64,000 nucleotides of DNA from Octopus sinensis (lineage: Eukaryota): contig NC_042998.1 of the NCBI RefSeq assembly GCF_006345805.1, forward strand, positions 57,908,001 through 57,972,000. The letters are read 5' to 3'. The position numbers were made by a program, and so were the translations under genes. The notes under the pieces were generated by a model that saw nothing but the letters and a program-made list of their open reading frames with translations, had not been told where the DNA came from and ran no database searches. Within the stretch, counting starts at the first letter, position 1. Every line of letters begins with the position of its first letter. Positions 26,704-38,969 of this stretch are shown here, in pieces.

Positions 26704-29700
26704 TGCATGTATATATGTGTATATATATATGTGTACATATTACATGTACATCTATATATATACATCTACACATAAAATACAAAATACAAAGTTATATCTT
26801 GATATCGCTAGTGATAACAATACTCAAAATATATAACAGACTGGAATTGTTAGCCCGTCTTTTGTAATTTCGATCAATTGTATATTGCCCTCCCTCTTGT
26901 TTAGAAGTGTGGCTACAATCCAGCCTACCTCTATTTCTGTGGGGGAGGGGCATTTTAAATTTTTTTCCGGGACGTCCTACGTCCACGATATAAAGGTAAA
27001 AATAAAATATTTCCACTTTGCAAGTTCGAGTCGAGTACTCCCTTGCACGCTCCGTTGACTCGAACCTTGCTTCTATTGTGGTGAATTTATCTTTCATAGT
27101 CGCACCAAGACACTTTTCGAAGGTGCTTTCCTCCATGTGTTCAAATCTTCTTTTTTCTCTACATTGTATACTTTATAGACAATAGTCTTTTCTTTAATTT
27201 AATTTTTTATTATCCATCTGGACTATTCCATTTCTGCACGCTAATTTTATTTTTAATTTATTCCCATTCATGTGAAACCACTTATTCAAGTTCAAGTCAT
27301 TGATGCAATTTTATACCAATTGCTATTTTTACTTTTGTTATGTTACGATTATATTATACTTTAGTTTGATTTTAATTATTACTTACTACTTATAATTCAA
27401 TTGTTATTATTATTTTTATTTTATAAGTGAAAGTATCTGACGCATGTCAGACTATATTCGCTTGTGATGATGCATAAAGAAAGTGATGTAAATGATAGAA
27501 AATAGAATTATATAACTATAACATATATATGAGATGTACCGTAATTAACAAAGGACAACTGCATAAAATCTCAACACACAAGAGAGTATAAAAAAATTAA
27601 TAATAATATTGTAGCCTTTCAAGTGATTTTCTTATTCCAAGAGGTATTGTCCATGTAGAGACACGCTTACCACCAGATACGTAGACTTATATGATAAACT
27701 ATGTATGACTTTATTTGTTCAGCTATTTATGTTTCTGTTTCACTGTTTCAATGCATCTGAGTCGTTACAGCGTCGGACCAAATAAACTACAGTATTTTTT
27801 TCTCTCACCGAGGTCAAAATTTCTTTTCATTTTTCGGGGTCAGCAAATACCAGTCCAAAAGTAGGTTTCATTTTTCCCTCTTTTGCCCTCTCCTTTTTTA
27901 GTCTCACTTTCTGAGGAGCAAAATTTGGCCAGATAAGGTGAAAGGCAAGCCGCAATAGGTTTATATGCCCAATATGAGCTGTATGTCACATCGGTGCCCC
28001 TACAATTCCAACAGAGATTCAAGTGCCTGAAGCAATGCAAGACATTTATCTGAATCTCTATCTCTCTGCATTTATACATAACAGTCTATTTTTCATTAGT
28101 TGCCGAATCGATAAAGGGAAAGAGCCGATATCCTTAGCAGATTGTCCGTGACTAATGAAACTGATATTGTTAATGTTCCGTATAGACTGTTGCGAAATGA
28201 ACTACCAGATTCCAGATAGATAATATTCTGGGAAACAACGATGGGTATAGTGGTTAGTGCAAAAAAATGGTAACTGGGTTTATGAAAAGCCCAGGAAGTG
28301 TAGAGATGAGGGACAATGAGATGCCTGAGTGTTGAAAGTGCGAAAGTAGCCAACACTGTGAAGCAGAGATCATTATATTAGAGGAGCAATTGCCATTGTA
28401 GAAAAGAAAGAGAGAAATGACAGTATACCTGTAGGTTAGAGACTAGGAATTAGTGATGAAATATTTGTCTATTTACCTATCCATATATCTCTTTATATCT
28501 CTCTATTGCTTTCATTTTCCCTGCCTCTAACTTTAATTTTCACACACAATTTGTGTTAATGTTTTTGATGTCTCTATATATATATTCATGTGTTTCTTAT
28601 TAATTTCATTTGAGACAGTGAGCATGTGACCATATTTCTTCTACAGTCGACCTCTAAAATACTATACTAGATGAATATTGTCATTGGATTCAATTAGCAA
28701 TAATTTTTCCTTTATCTCTATATGTATATGCTTCTGGTTTTTCTATTTTTAACAAAGGGTGCAAAAGCCAGTTTTCATACGCACACAAACACACACACAC
28801 ACACACATATAAATATATATATATATTTATGTATTTGTTTATGTATATATGTATGTATGTATGTATGAAAGAAAGAGTGATAGAGAGAGAGAAAGAGAGA
28901 GAAATACTGACATACAAATGAAGAGAGCCAACTAAACAGAGACTGAGTTGAGTGACTCGAATACCTTTAAAGCTTTCTATTATATATTTGAATAAAAATC
29001 CTTTGTGGATGTATAAATTCCTGGGATGTAAATTCCATTCAAATCATATCCTCCACTGCGATAATATAAAGAGAAACGTTTAACCGGTCGAAAATCTTAG
29101 TTTCCTTCGGCTTTAATTTACCTCGAATAATAAATTTGAGAATTTGAAAGTATTAAGATTAGTGTCATTAAAATCAATTCGTTTTATAGAATATCTTCAC
29201 CATAGATAATGAAGGAAATATGCTCTTGATATGTTAATACAATGTTTCGAATTATTCAGAAAAAATAACCCCACACACACACTTCTTGCCAGAATTGCAA
29301 ACGTTGTTCTTTATAAAGACCAAATGTGATGTAGATAAAGGAATTCGATGAAAAGATTAGTGTACGTCATATGAATTCAATCTTTGTTCATTGACAACAG
29401 TCTTAATTATCTCAATAAAAGAATCTTAAAGCTCCTTATTTGCCAAATCTAACTTTAAAATTTTCAAAATGCAATTGCTAATGTTATCGATTTTCCAATG
29501 TTAACTCACTGTGCATAACACGGATAGTTAATTAAAACATCAAAACGAAATCCAGTACTGATAATAGAGTGGTATAGTTTAATTTAAAAGTAATCAAATC
29601 CCTTTTTCTATTCCTTATCTTGCGAATATATAAAATGTTAATTTGAAACCATCAAAATACAAATTAATAAACGCATCAACATTTGATTTCAATATTCATT

Positions 29701-30419
29701 TGACATTCAAAACCACTTCTGCAACACTTTAATACAGTAAGGTTATATCTTCTCACCCCGATGAATCAATTAAATGAAACAGGCTTGTTACATTTGCACC
29801 AAGCGTTTCCTGTTACACTGAATAAACTATTCACATTTAAAAGCTTGTTGCTCTTAATTTCTCAATCGATATGAATCCAAAGATTTTTAAACCAGCATTC
29901 TTAATATCTGTTCCATCATTGTAACCTAATTTCCATTGCTTTAAACAGTTAGTCTTCAATTTCCCATGCAACACCTCATTTATAGTCATTGGAGTAGAAT
30001 TACTGGACCGTTCTCCACACTTCTATTCAAAATACTAATATTACAACATTAGCAGTAAGTGGACATTTCTTTGAACTTTATCAGAATCATTAGCATCTCC
30101 GGAGTTTCTTCGAGTAAAAAATTGAATGCAGTCTTCTTATTTACAGAACGAAAGTTCTTCGCAATGTATCATTCAGAAGGCTAATGTAGCCTGTATGTGG
30201 TGAAACTGAATCTTATTCTGTCTTCTCTCACTAGTGAGTTTTCGTAGATTTCGATTTCTATGTTTACTACAAGCATCTAATATGTGTACAAGAGATTAAA
30301 TTTATTGTAACTTTGTTTACAGAGGAAAATAAACTAGCAGCTTCAGATGGGTATAGCAATAGAAATAACAATTTCTCAAATAATACTGGAGTATATCTAT
30401 TAAGGTGTACTGCTACATA

Positions 30420-30830
30420 CATAAACGAAAATATCTAATAAGATACCCCAAAACAAGTTTCTTTCTCTAACCTGCTTCAACCACTAAATCTCAGAAACTC
30501 ACGTCCAAGTCTGTGTTTCTGACACTCCCTTTAGTGTCTCTGACCTTCTAAACAAGCTATCTGAATATCTTCTCCACCACCCAAATTCTCCCGGCGCAAC
30601 CATATCCACCAATGTCCATTGCCCTTACTGTCTTTCACTTGCTTTAACCACTATACCTGTTTATTCCTTCCGATTATTGCAATTCTCTGTAATTCTCTCG
30701 CTACCCAGATCTTTTTTTCTACTGGTATCTACGAAAGGATACTCAAATTAAGCATCAACAGCATCGATTTTGTCAGTTTGGGAAAGTCTGAAAATGTCAT
30801 GGGAATTGCTTCACTTCCGTATAAGAGAAC
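30420..30830 (+). mobile_element. Highly decayed CR1/L2-like LINE RT fragment
   Basis: SPG..(N)HIH-like motif (tctcccggcgcaaccatatccacc) in a C-rich strand-biased segment, with many frameshifts. Confidence 0.35.
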
Positions 30831-33800
30831 GTGAGAACACGTAACTCAACTTAATGTTCTTTTAGATCAAATTAAGTAGTTAATTTTTTGTTTAACTATT
30901 TCATAAGAGTACATTCATAGCCACATTTATCTTTAAAAGTTGATCTTACAATGCAAATTTGTTCATTAGTTTGCAATATTTAGCAAAATAATCCATTATT
31001 TTCTTTTTATAGTAGTTCTTTAAATTTTTTTAAACAGACTTTATTGACAAGATGTAAATTTGTGGATAATTTAACATTACATAAGATGTAAATATATCTA
31101 AAGGACTCGTGTACTCATATGGATAGCTGACATACAGTGTATTCTTGTAAGATACTGTACTTGTAAGCATAAACCTAACCATACTTAAGAAAGATCAGAG
31201 AGCTTTGTATTTTACTCTTACTGCTAAACCTTTAATTTTCTGACTGCTGATAAATTCCCATTCCAGTTTCCATGGTTAAAGTGTGAGCTTAGGCTAAATA
31301 CCGTCTAATTTAATAATTCGTTAGTTTAACGTAGTGGTTTCATTCTTAAATAATTTAGCTTCAGACGAGATTTTCCTGCTTTATAGTTAAAATTACATAT
31401 GCATTTGGGAATCCATTATAATTTATGACGACCTTACCGTAGATCTAACTATTTTGAAAGAACAATATTTACTTTCTGATTGTGATTACTTCGAGTCTAA
31501 AATAAATTAAGGAGAAGCTTTATGCAGAATGTTTCCCAGGACAAAATAGACGAATCAAGTTATCACAAAATAGTAATCTGGGAAGTCAGTAATTCAAATA
31601 CAATAAATATTTTGGTAATTTTGAATACTAACAGTTTGTTAAAAAAAACTTTGCCACTGTTGAAGTTCAGAATAATTTGCTCAAATTAACGATTTGTTTT
31701 TCTTAGATAAAAAAGAATATAAATAGCTCAAGGTTTTTAGAATGAGCATTATGCACTCCTGAAAAATGGAGGCACTTGAAAGAAACCAAATGTGAAGTGA
31801 GGATAAATTTTGATTTGACTATGAAGACACTGAGTAAAATAACGTCTACTATATTTACGACTGTTTTAGGTGCGAAGTAAGTTTGTTATCAGTGCTGTCT
31901 TAATAATAGCACTGGCAATATGAGAGTCAAAATGTAAACTTCAATCTCCAGACAGTTCTGTATGAAATAGAACTTAAGCAAATAAGAGATGAACAGCAAT
32001 GTGATGTAAGAACATAAGACATGAGGCAATACAGAAATAAATAGGCAGAACTGAATAAATGCAACGTTAAGTGCATGCATAATGATTACGTAAAAATCTC
32101 AGTTGAGCGTTGGAGTCACTTTCTGAGTTAGATAATAGGTCAAATTAAAATATGTTGATTGGCCTGCAGGAATTATCTCAGATAGTTGATGGTAGCAAGG
32201 TATGAACTTTTGGAAGAGGTAATGTGTAATAAATTGTAAGAAAAAATAAATCTTTATTAAATTTGAAGTGATAAACTTTCAATCACTTCACCTGGGAATG
32301 CATGTTTTAATGTCTAAACAAATTGATAGTGTTTAGAGAGAATACTATGTTACGTGTGTTCACAGATTTGCCAGGTGAAAAGAAACTAATCTTAAAATAT
32401 TACAGTCAGTGTATTAGAGACGAGTTTCTAACAGGAAAATTATGTGCTGTGGAAAGCTTTTAAAAGAGGAAATTTGTACAAAATGTTCTGCACGTATACC
32501 TCATGTATTTAGGTCTTCATTCCTTACATCCTTTAACTGGATTTTGTTTGGAATAGATTTCCTACAAAACCGTCAAGCATGCATCTACTATTTGAATTAA
32601 CCAATGCGAGATTAATTCCAGGAATCCAGACATTTTTATAATGTGACAAAATTAATTAGTTTTTCAAGGAATTCGATTACCATACATTATAATTCTTAAT
32701 TAGGGCGGTATTATCTTAAAATCTTTAGCTCCTTCGACAAAATGTCTTGCTGTGTGCCTTAGTTCTTTACGCTCTGAGTTTATATTACTCCCGAGTTAAA
32801 CTTTGCTTTCTTTCCATCCGGAGATAATAAAATAAAGCACAAGCCTAGAACGGCGAGTTCGTGGACTTCTTAGAACACTGGATAATATTGTCGTGCTGTA
32901 TTTGTTCCAGCTTTCCATGCTCTGAACTTCCAAATACGAGTGATATGTTAGTCTGTACCTTAGTTATAGTCAGTCAACATGGATATTCATATCCTCTTTA
33001 GTTATTTTTGCACTAAACCTTTTGTGATGGTGCTCCAGATTTTCAGAGGAAATAGTACATGATAAGTGAGTGACGGTACCAGATGTGTGTTCGAATTAAA
33101 TTCCATAAATTTAGCATTAAGTTTGATGCATTATTCGACCGGCTTGCAATTTTCATAATGTATGTTTATACGTTTAAATAAAGATATTTATTTCATTTAT
33201 ATTTGAGTACAATTAAAAACGTTTGAGAAAAAGAAATGAGAAATTTTTCCTACAGAATGAACTTCGTTTATATTTTGTTGCGTACGTCATATTGCTTTCC
33301 TTGCGGCTTTTTAAGTTATCAAAACAATTACACATGAAATCTAGTAGAATGTTTTAAATTTCACTCCGACATTGCAACGGAAAACCGGTGGTTTTAGGCG
33401 TTCCTATCATAATTTTATTAATTTTCTATAAAACACCAATTATGAAATCAAATCGAAAATATTGTACTAAATACCTTCATGGGATTATCTGTTACTTTGG
33501 AAAATTTGTGGAAGAGAGTAGCGACATTTATTAAGTCAAGTGTTTAAAACATGTATTACAATGGACTATTTGAGTCACGTACTGATAAGAGTGTAATTTC
33601 TTTGGATCTACGCTATAAAAATATATTAATAAAATTGGACCAATAAGGGAACCTTAAAACTATTGCTCGACTTACTAAAACTGCTAGCCTATCTTTCTAC
33701 AAATCAAACGCTATCCTCTTCAAAAAATATATACTGGACAATACAAAAGATGAGATGGTCATGACTGGAATTCCTTTGATTATATGTATGCTAAATTAAA

Positions 33801-33840
33801 GCTAATAGTGAACTAAGCGACAATAACGATATTAATTACG

Positions 33841-34245
33841 TGTGGTAAGTAGCTTGTTTACCAACCACATGGTTCCGGGTTCAGTCGCACTGCGTGGCAT
33901 TTGGGTAAATGTCTTCTACAATAGCTTCGGGCCGACCAAAGCCTTGTGAGTGGATTTGGTAGACGGACACTGAAAGAAGCCCGTCATATATATATATATA
34001 TATATATATATGTGCGTGTGTGTGTATGCGTTTGTGTCTGTGTCCCCCCCCCCCCCCAACATCGCTTGACAACCGATGCTGGTGTGTTACGTCCCCGTTA
34101 CTTAGAGGTTCTGCAAAAGAGACCGATAGAATAAGTACTAGGCTTACAAAAATAAGTCCTGGGGTCGATTTGCTCTACGAAAATGTGGCGCTCCAGCATG
34201 GCCGCAGTCAAATGACTGAAACAAGTAAAAGAGTAAAGAGTAAAA
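33841..34245 (+). mobile_element. tRNA-derived SINE family B with internal (TA)n(TG)n
   Basis: Head tggtaagtagcttg...gggttcagtcgc, core ttggg(t/c)aa(a/g)tgtcttc, tail gcagtcaaatgactgaaacaagtaaaagagtaaagag. A second copy lies at 58555-58895. Confidence 0.85.
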
Positions 34246-35304
34246 TAGTACAAAGAAAGTCTAAAATTTGCAAAGAATAAATGGAAAACAAGAATGTGAC
34301 GGAAATGAGAGAGGAGAACACGTTGAAAAACAAAGCATGGAACGGCGAGAAAATTATGCTATTTTTGTTTCTTTTGTAAATTAGATGACAGATGTAATTT
34401 CCTGTATTGCCTTCAGTCACCTTTCAAATTAAAAACCTTCTAATTCTCATACTAGTAGTTGCATTACTGCCACTAATTAAAAAAACTTACTCTTCAAGCT
34501 CCCCACTTCTCTCCATGCATAAATTCAATGAAACACAATTAGTTTCTATAGTTACTGAAGTTAATCATTTTTATTCCATCTTTACACAAATGTTCACTAA
34601 AGATAACTATTCATTATCTCCCATCAAACTCTTCTTTAACTCATTCACTCACATATCAAGACGCCAAATACTCTTGACATGATATTACATTTTCTGCCTC
34701 ACAAATATTTCATCATGTTATTCTAACTTCGATGGTCTATTTATCACCGCAACTCATGCATCCTTAATGCGCCAATATATTTTTCATATGGAAGATAATA
34801 TTAGGTTCAATAACCTACACGCAAAACGAGAATTAACTCACAGTTCTTATTGCAAGCTGACAGCTACTAGATTTTCATCAGTCTCTTGTCACAACGCCTT
34901 TAAGTGTTAGAGATGTGTTAATGGAAGGCCGTAAACGCGAAAAATACTTGAATTGTGAAAAAGCTAAGCACTCTCACTTGCTATGGCCTCTCAGAAAATA
35001 GTGCCCAGGTGGATGAAGACTCCACAAAGACATGTGCAAGATGAATGAAGCTGGTCCTCGTAAAATCAACAGGGGAGAGAAAATATTAAACTGTGATTGA
35101 GTTTCGAGTTATAGCTAAGGTACACCTGATTCTCTTTACTCCGAAATTAACAAACATTCGACATTTAACTTATTAATCATGATCAAGATACCACAACACA
35201 GTCCTTATACCTCTATCTTTCACTCTCCCCTCTTCTGTATTTGTATATCTCTTTGTTCATCTTCCTTTCTATGTATGTGTATCGCTCTCTCTCTCTCTGT
35301 CGTC

Positions 35305-35336
<32 letters not shown>

Positions 35337-35416
35337 TGTATGTATGTATGTATGTATGTATGTATGTATGTATGTATGTATGTATGCATGTAAGTAAGTA
35401 AGTAAGATAAGGTAAG

Positions 35417-35725
35417 GAGCACTCCGTCGGTTGCGTCGACGAGGGTCCCATCTGATACGATCAACGGAACAGCTTGTTCGTGAAATTAACGTTCAAGTGG
35501 AAGAGCACTCCACAAACACGTGTACCCTTAACGTAGTTCTCGGGGAGACACAGAGTCTGACAAGGTTGTCGCCTTGAAATACAGGTACTACTCATTTTTT
35601 CAGGTAAGTCGACTGGAACAACGTGAAATAAAGTGTCTTGCTGAAGAACACAACGCGCCGCCGGGAATTGAACTCACGACCTTACGATAATGAGTTGAAT
35701 GCCCCTAACCACTAAGCTACACGCA
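35417..35725 (-). mobile_element. tRNA-derived SINE family C
   Basis: Reverse-complement tRNA-like head (gggaattgaactcacgacc...ccctaaccactaagcta). The body is homologous to 21543-21860. Confidence 0.8.
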
Positions 35726-38197
35726 TTCACATGTATGTATGTATGTATGTACTAATCACCCTGATAACGCGAGTAAAGTTTGAGTTTTAGAGTAAAAACA
35801 TACTAAGCGGAGTCTGAAAAGACAAACGAAACCATGTGCCTAAAAGATGGTAGAAATATAAAGCAAAAACAAAAGAAACAACGAACAGTGAAGTGTGTGG
35901 TGAAGCTTAATACACCTAAGGAAGAAACAGAGGAGAATATGATGTTATGGGTGATAGCGTTATGTCCTATATTATAGAAGACATCTGTTCACATGGAAAA
36001 TGATATGTGTGTGTGATTGTGTATGCGCACGCGTGCGTGCATCTGCAAGCGTAACAATTGTATATACAGAGCGAATTATCTCTGAATACTTTTCTACTGT
36101 CAAATTTATTTCACCTTTGTCCGCTTTTTCCTCTTCTCTAGCCAGAGAGAGGGAGGGAGAGACAGACAGACAGAGAACGAGAGAGAGAGAGAGAGAGGGA
36201 GGAAGAGAGACTCTTAGTTGCATTGGTTTAACATTTGACTTGTTGCTCATGAGTGGAAGATCATCTCATGTTAATATTATCTTTATCAATTCATCTCCGC
36301 CTCCAGCAATACATTTAGCACCAGCTGAATAAGAGCAAAGTACTTATCTGACTCGAAACGACCAACGTATTTAGAAATGGCCAAGATTATTTTGCATAAA
36401 ATATAATTATATAGCACAGTGGGTGGAGAATATAAATCTCTTCTGTAGACAATGATGGAAACGAGGGCACTTGGAAATGGTAAAGGAAAGCAAACCTTTA
36501 GTTACAATAATGCCATAATTCATAGCAGTACTAAAGAATCGATTTTATGACAGCCATTGTTTACATTTTAAATCCTTTAGTCAATATCTTATCAGGATCC
36601 TTCAATGAACAGAAGTATCAGAAATATTATCATTTCTATGGTTTATGATGCACAAACAAGATCAACCGATGAACAAGTTGATAACGTGTCTTAGAACAAA
36701 ATGGAACGTAATTTGTCGCCGATATTCTGTATAGCAAGAGAACTTCTACTCTGAACTTGTCCTGCTAACCACGGCAGCTGAATACACTACTCGATTCCCT
36801 TAAAAAAATAAATGACACATTGAAAAATATAACCCATGATAGACAAAAGGCACGCCAGGGTCACAGTTAGATAGCCTTGGTCTAAGAATAACTTAAGGCT
36901 AAGTAACAAAAATTTCTACTCTTACGTTCAAATATATACCAATGGTATTCCTGGGTCCTCTCAAAGTACCTATCTTATTTATTCATTCCTTTAAAAGTAC
37001 TGAATAGGTTGTATTTGTAACAACAAAAGGCAGTATGGCAAAGAAATGGTACAGTGGCACATTATTTAATTACATCCTCAAGTTCAAATCGCACATAAAA
37101 AATATCGTTTATATTAATAACAACGTACAACCTTAACAAAACACACCCTAAATCCTTAGTTTACGTAATTTGGCACATACTTTTATTTCTGTTATTGATT
37201 TCAGTCAATGAACTGCGGACATAATGGTTCACCAACTCAAAAAGTTTCTGGCGTTAAATCTCGTCTTTGTTTAGCTTTGTACTTATATATACTTATTGTA
37301 ACTTAATTGTACTTATTATACTTATTTTATTATTGTACTCTTTATTTTGTTTCGTACTTATTCGATCGATCAATGAAGAGGTCGAAGGAAAAGTTAACAG
37401 GGAAGATACTAGAGGAGATTGGGGTGCATTTTTTTTTCGACACATCAACACTTTATTATGTACGCCGGTATATACATACAGGGAGATACTCACACATCAA
37501 TGCGCGTTGGAAGTGTAAAGGAACAGGAATTACCTAATCAGCTTCATTAGATTACAGCTGTTTCTTCTATAAGGAACAATACACTCAGAGCTGAGTGGTT
37601 AAGCAACAATTTATCGCTTCTTCGGAGCAATTAAACTGAAGTGTATGTTTTCTTATGAAGCCACTTGTGTGTGTGTGTGTGTGTGTTCGTCCATTGTAAT
37701 TTAATCCTTAGATCGCGTTACATAAAACCATTACTTAGAAGTCCATATATATTTTCTTTCATACATTGTAATTCTGTTCTTTCTTATGAAATTCTAGTTT
37801 GAGTGTTATACAGACTAGATAAAAAAATAAAAATTGAAATATTTAAGTGCACCATCTTACGTACGTTTCATTAACATAAGCTGATTATTAGTTACATAAT
37901 ACAAATTACAGAGGAGTTATTGCCTAAATCGTCAGAGATGTGTATCTTTTATAGATAACACTAGTAGATTGACACAGGCAACAAGATTCCCACTATTGAA
38001 TTGGGTAACCTTAATCTCTTACCGTATGGATAATCTTTAATAACTAAAAGTAACTCAAGACTTAAATAAGAAGTCTTTATACAACATTTAAGGATACAAA
38101 CTAGCAAATTTAAATTTCTTGAATACTGAAGAAAGGCTACACTTTCTCTCATATATATATACATACATGCATGCATATATACATGATATATATGTAC

Positions 38198-38270
<73 letters not shown>

Positions 38271-38426
38271 TGTTTGTTGATAATATCTATTATCTCTCTC
38301 CCCCTGTCTCGCCATCTTTTTATCTTTTTCGCTCTCCCTCTTCCTACTCCATTTAATGTGGATTTAGAGTCAGGTTTTGGCTGCTATTTCCAGCGTGGCG
38401 GTATCGCTTAGATACCTTAAATTATA

Positions 38427-38455
<29 letters not shown>

Positions 38456-38461
<6 letters not shown>

Positions 38462-38782
38462 TATATGAAAGAATGGAGTTGAACGACTAGTTAACAAATA
38501 TCCTTTATTCTCGACATATGTTTCGAAGGCTGCATATTCCTAATTCCGAAGGAATAAGGAGTACATTATGAAGATTTCTCTTCAAGAAAATCAAGGAACT
38601 CATGTCGACATCAAAATGCACAAAAAACTTTTAGCGGACCGCTCTCAAGCCATGGGCTCCTTGCGAGCATAATGTACTCCTTATTCCTTCGGAATTAGAA
38701 ATATGCAGCCTTCGAAACATATGTCGAGAATAAAGGATATTTGTTAACCAGTCGTTCAACTCCATTCTTTCATATACTTATA
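38456..38782. repeat. Fold-back element: 115-bp inverted arms (38456-38570 and 38668-38782) with 2 mismatches and a 97-bp spacer
   Basis: Direct arm-to-arm comparison. The left arm abuts a (TA)n tract. Confidence 0.95.
38507..38591 (-). ncRNA. Hammerhead-like motif with U3 core variant and long stem II insert
   Basis: Minus strand: attttc-TTGAAGA-GAA...(48 nt)...TTC-GAAAC-atat-GTC-gagaat. Stem I is 6 bp including one G-U, stem III is palindromic ACATATGT, and the triplet is GUC. Confidence 0.5.
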
Positions 38783-38934
38783 ATTTTAAAATAAACATAC
38801 AAATTTCCGCACGAAGACACGTAGTCTATGCCCTAGGGACGTAGCTTCAACCGTGTTCTTTCTGATGTGAATTTGCTACCCAGGTATCGCTTATCTTTCG
38901 AATTATCCTTAATAAGATAATTCATTCAATTACT

Positions 38935-38969
<35 letters not shown>

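Noticed and set aside
26792-27136. 114-aa minus-strand ORF MEESTFEK...
   Set aside because: No motif recognised. It lies in the body next to a Helitron terminus and is probably TE-derived or random.
27840-28430. Less AT-rich segment with ORFs 27840..28079 and 28096..28356
   Set aside because: No frame gave a recognisable protein or a convincing pair of splice sites.
29845-30028. Open minus-strand frame KCGERSS...RATSF after a weak acceptor
   Set aside because: No donor, no homology, and a length expected by chance.
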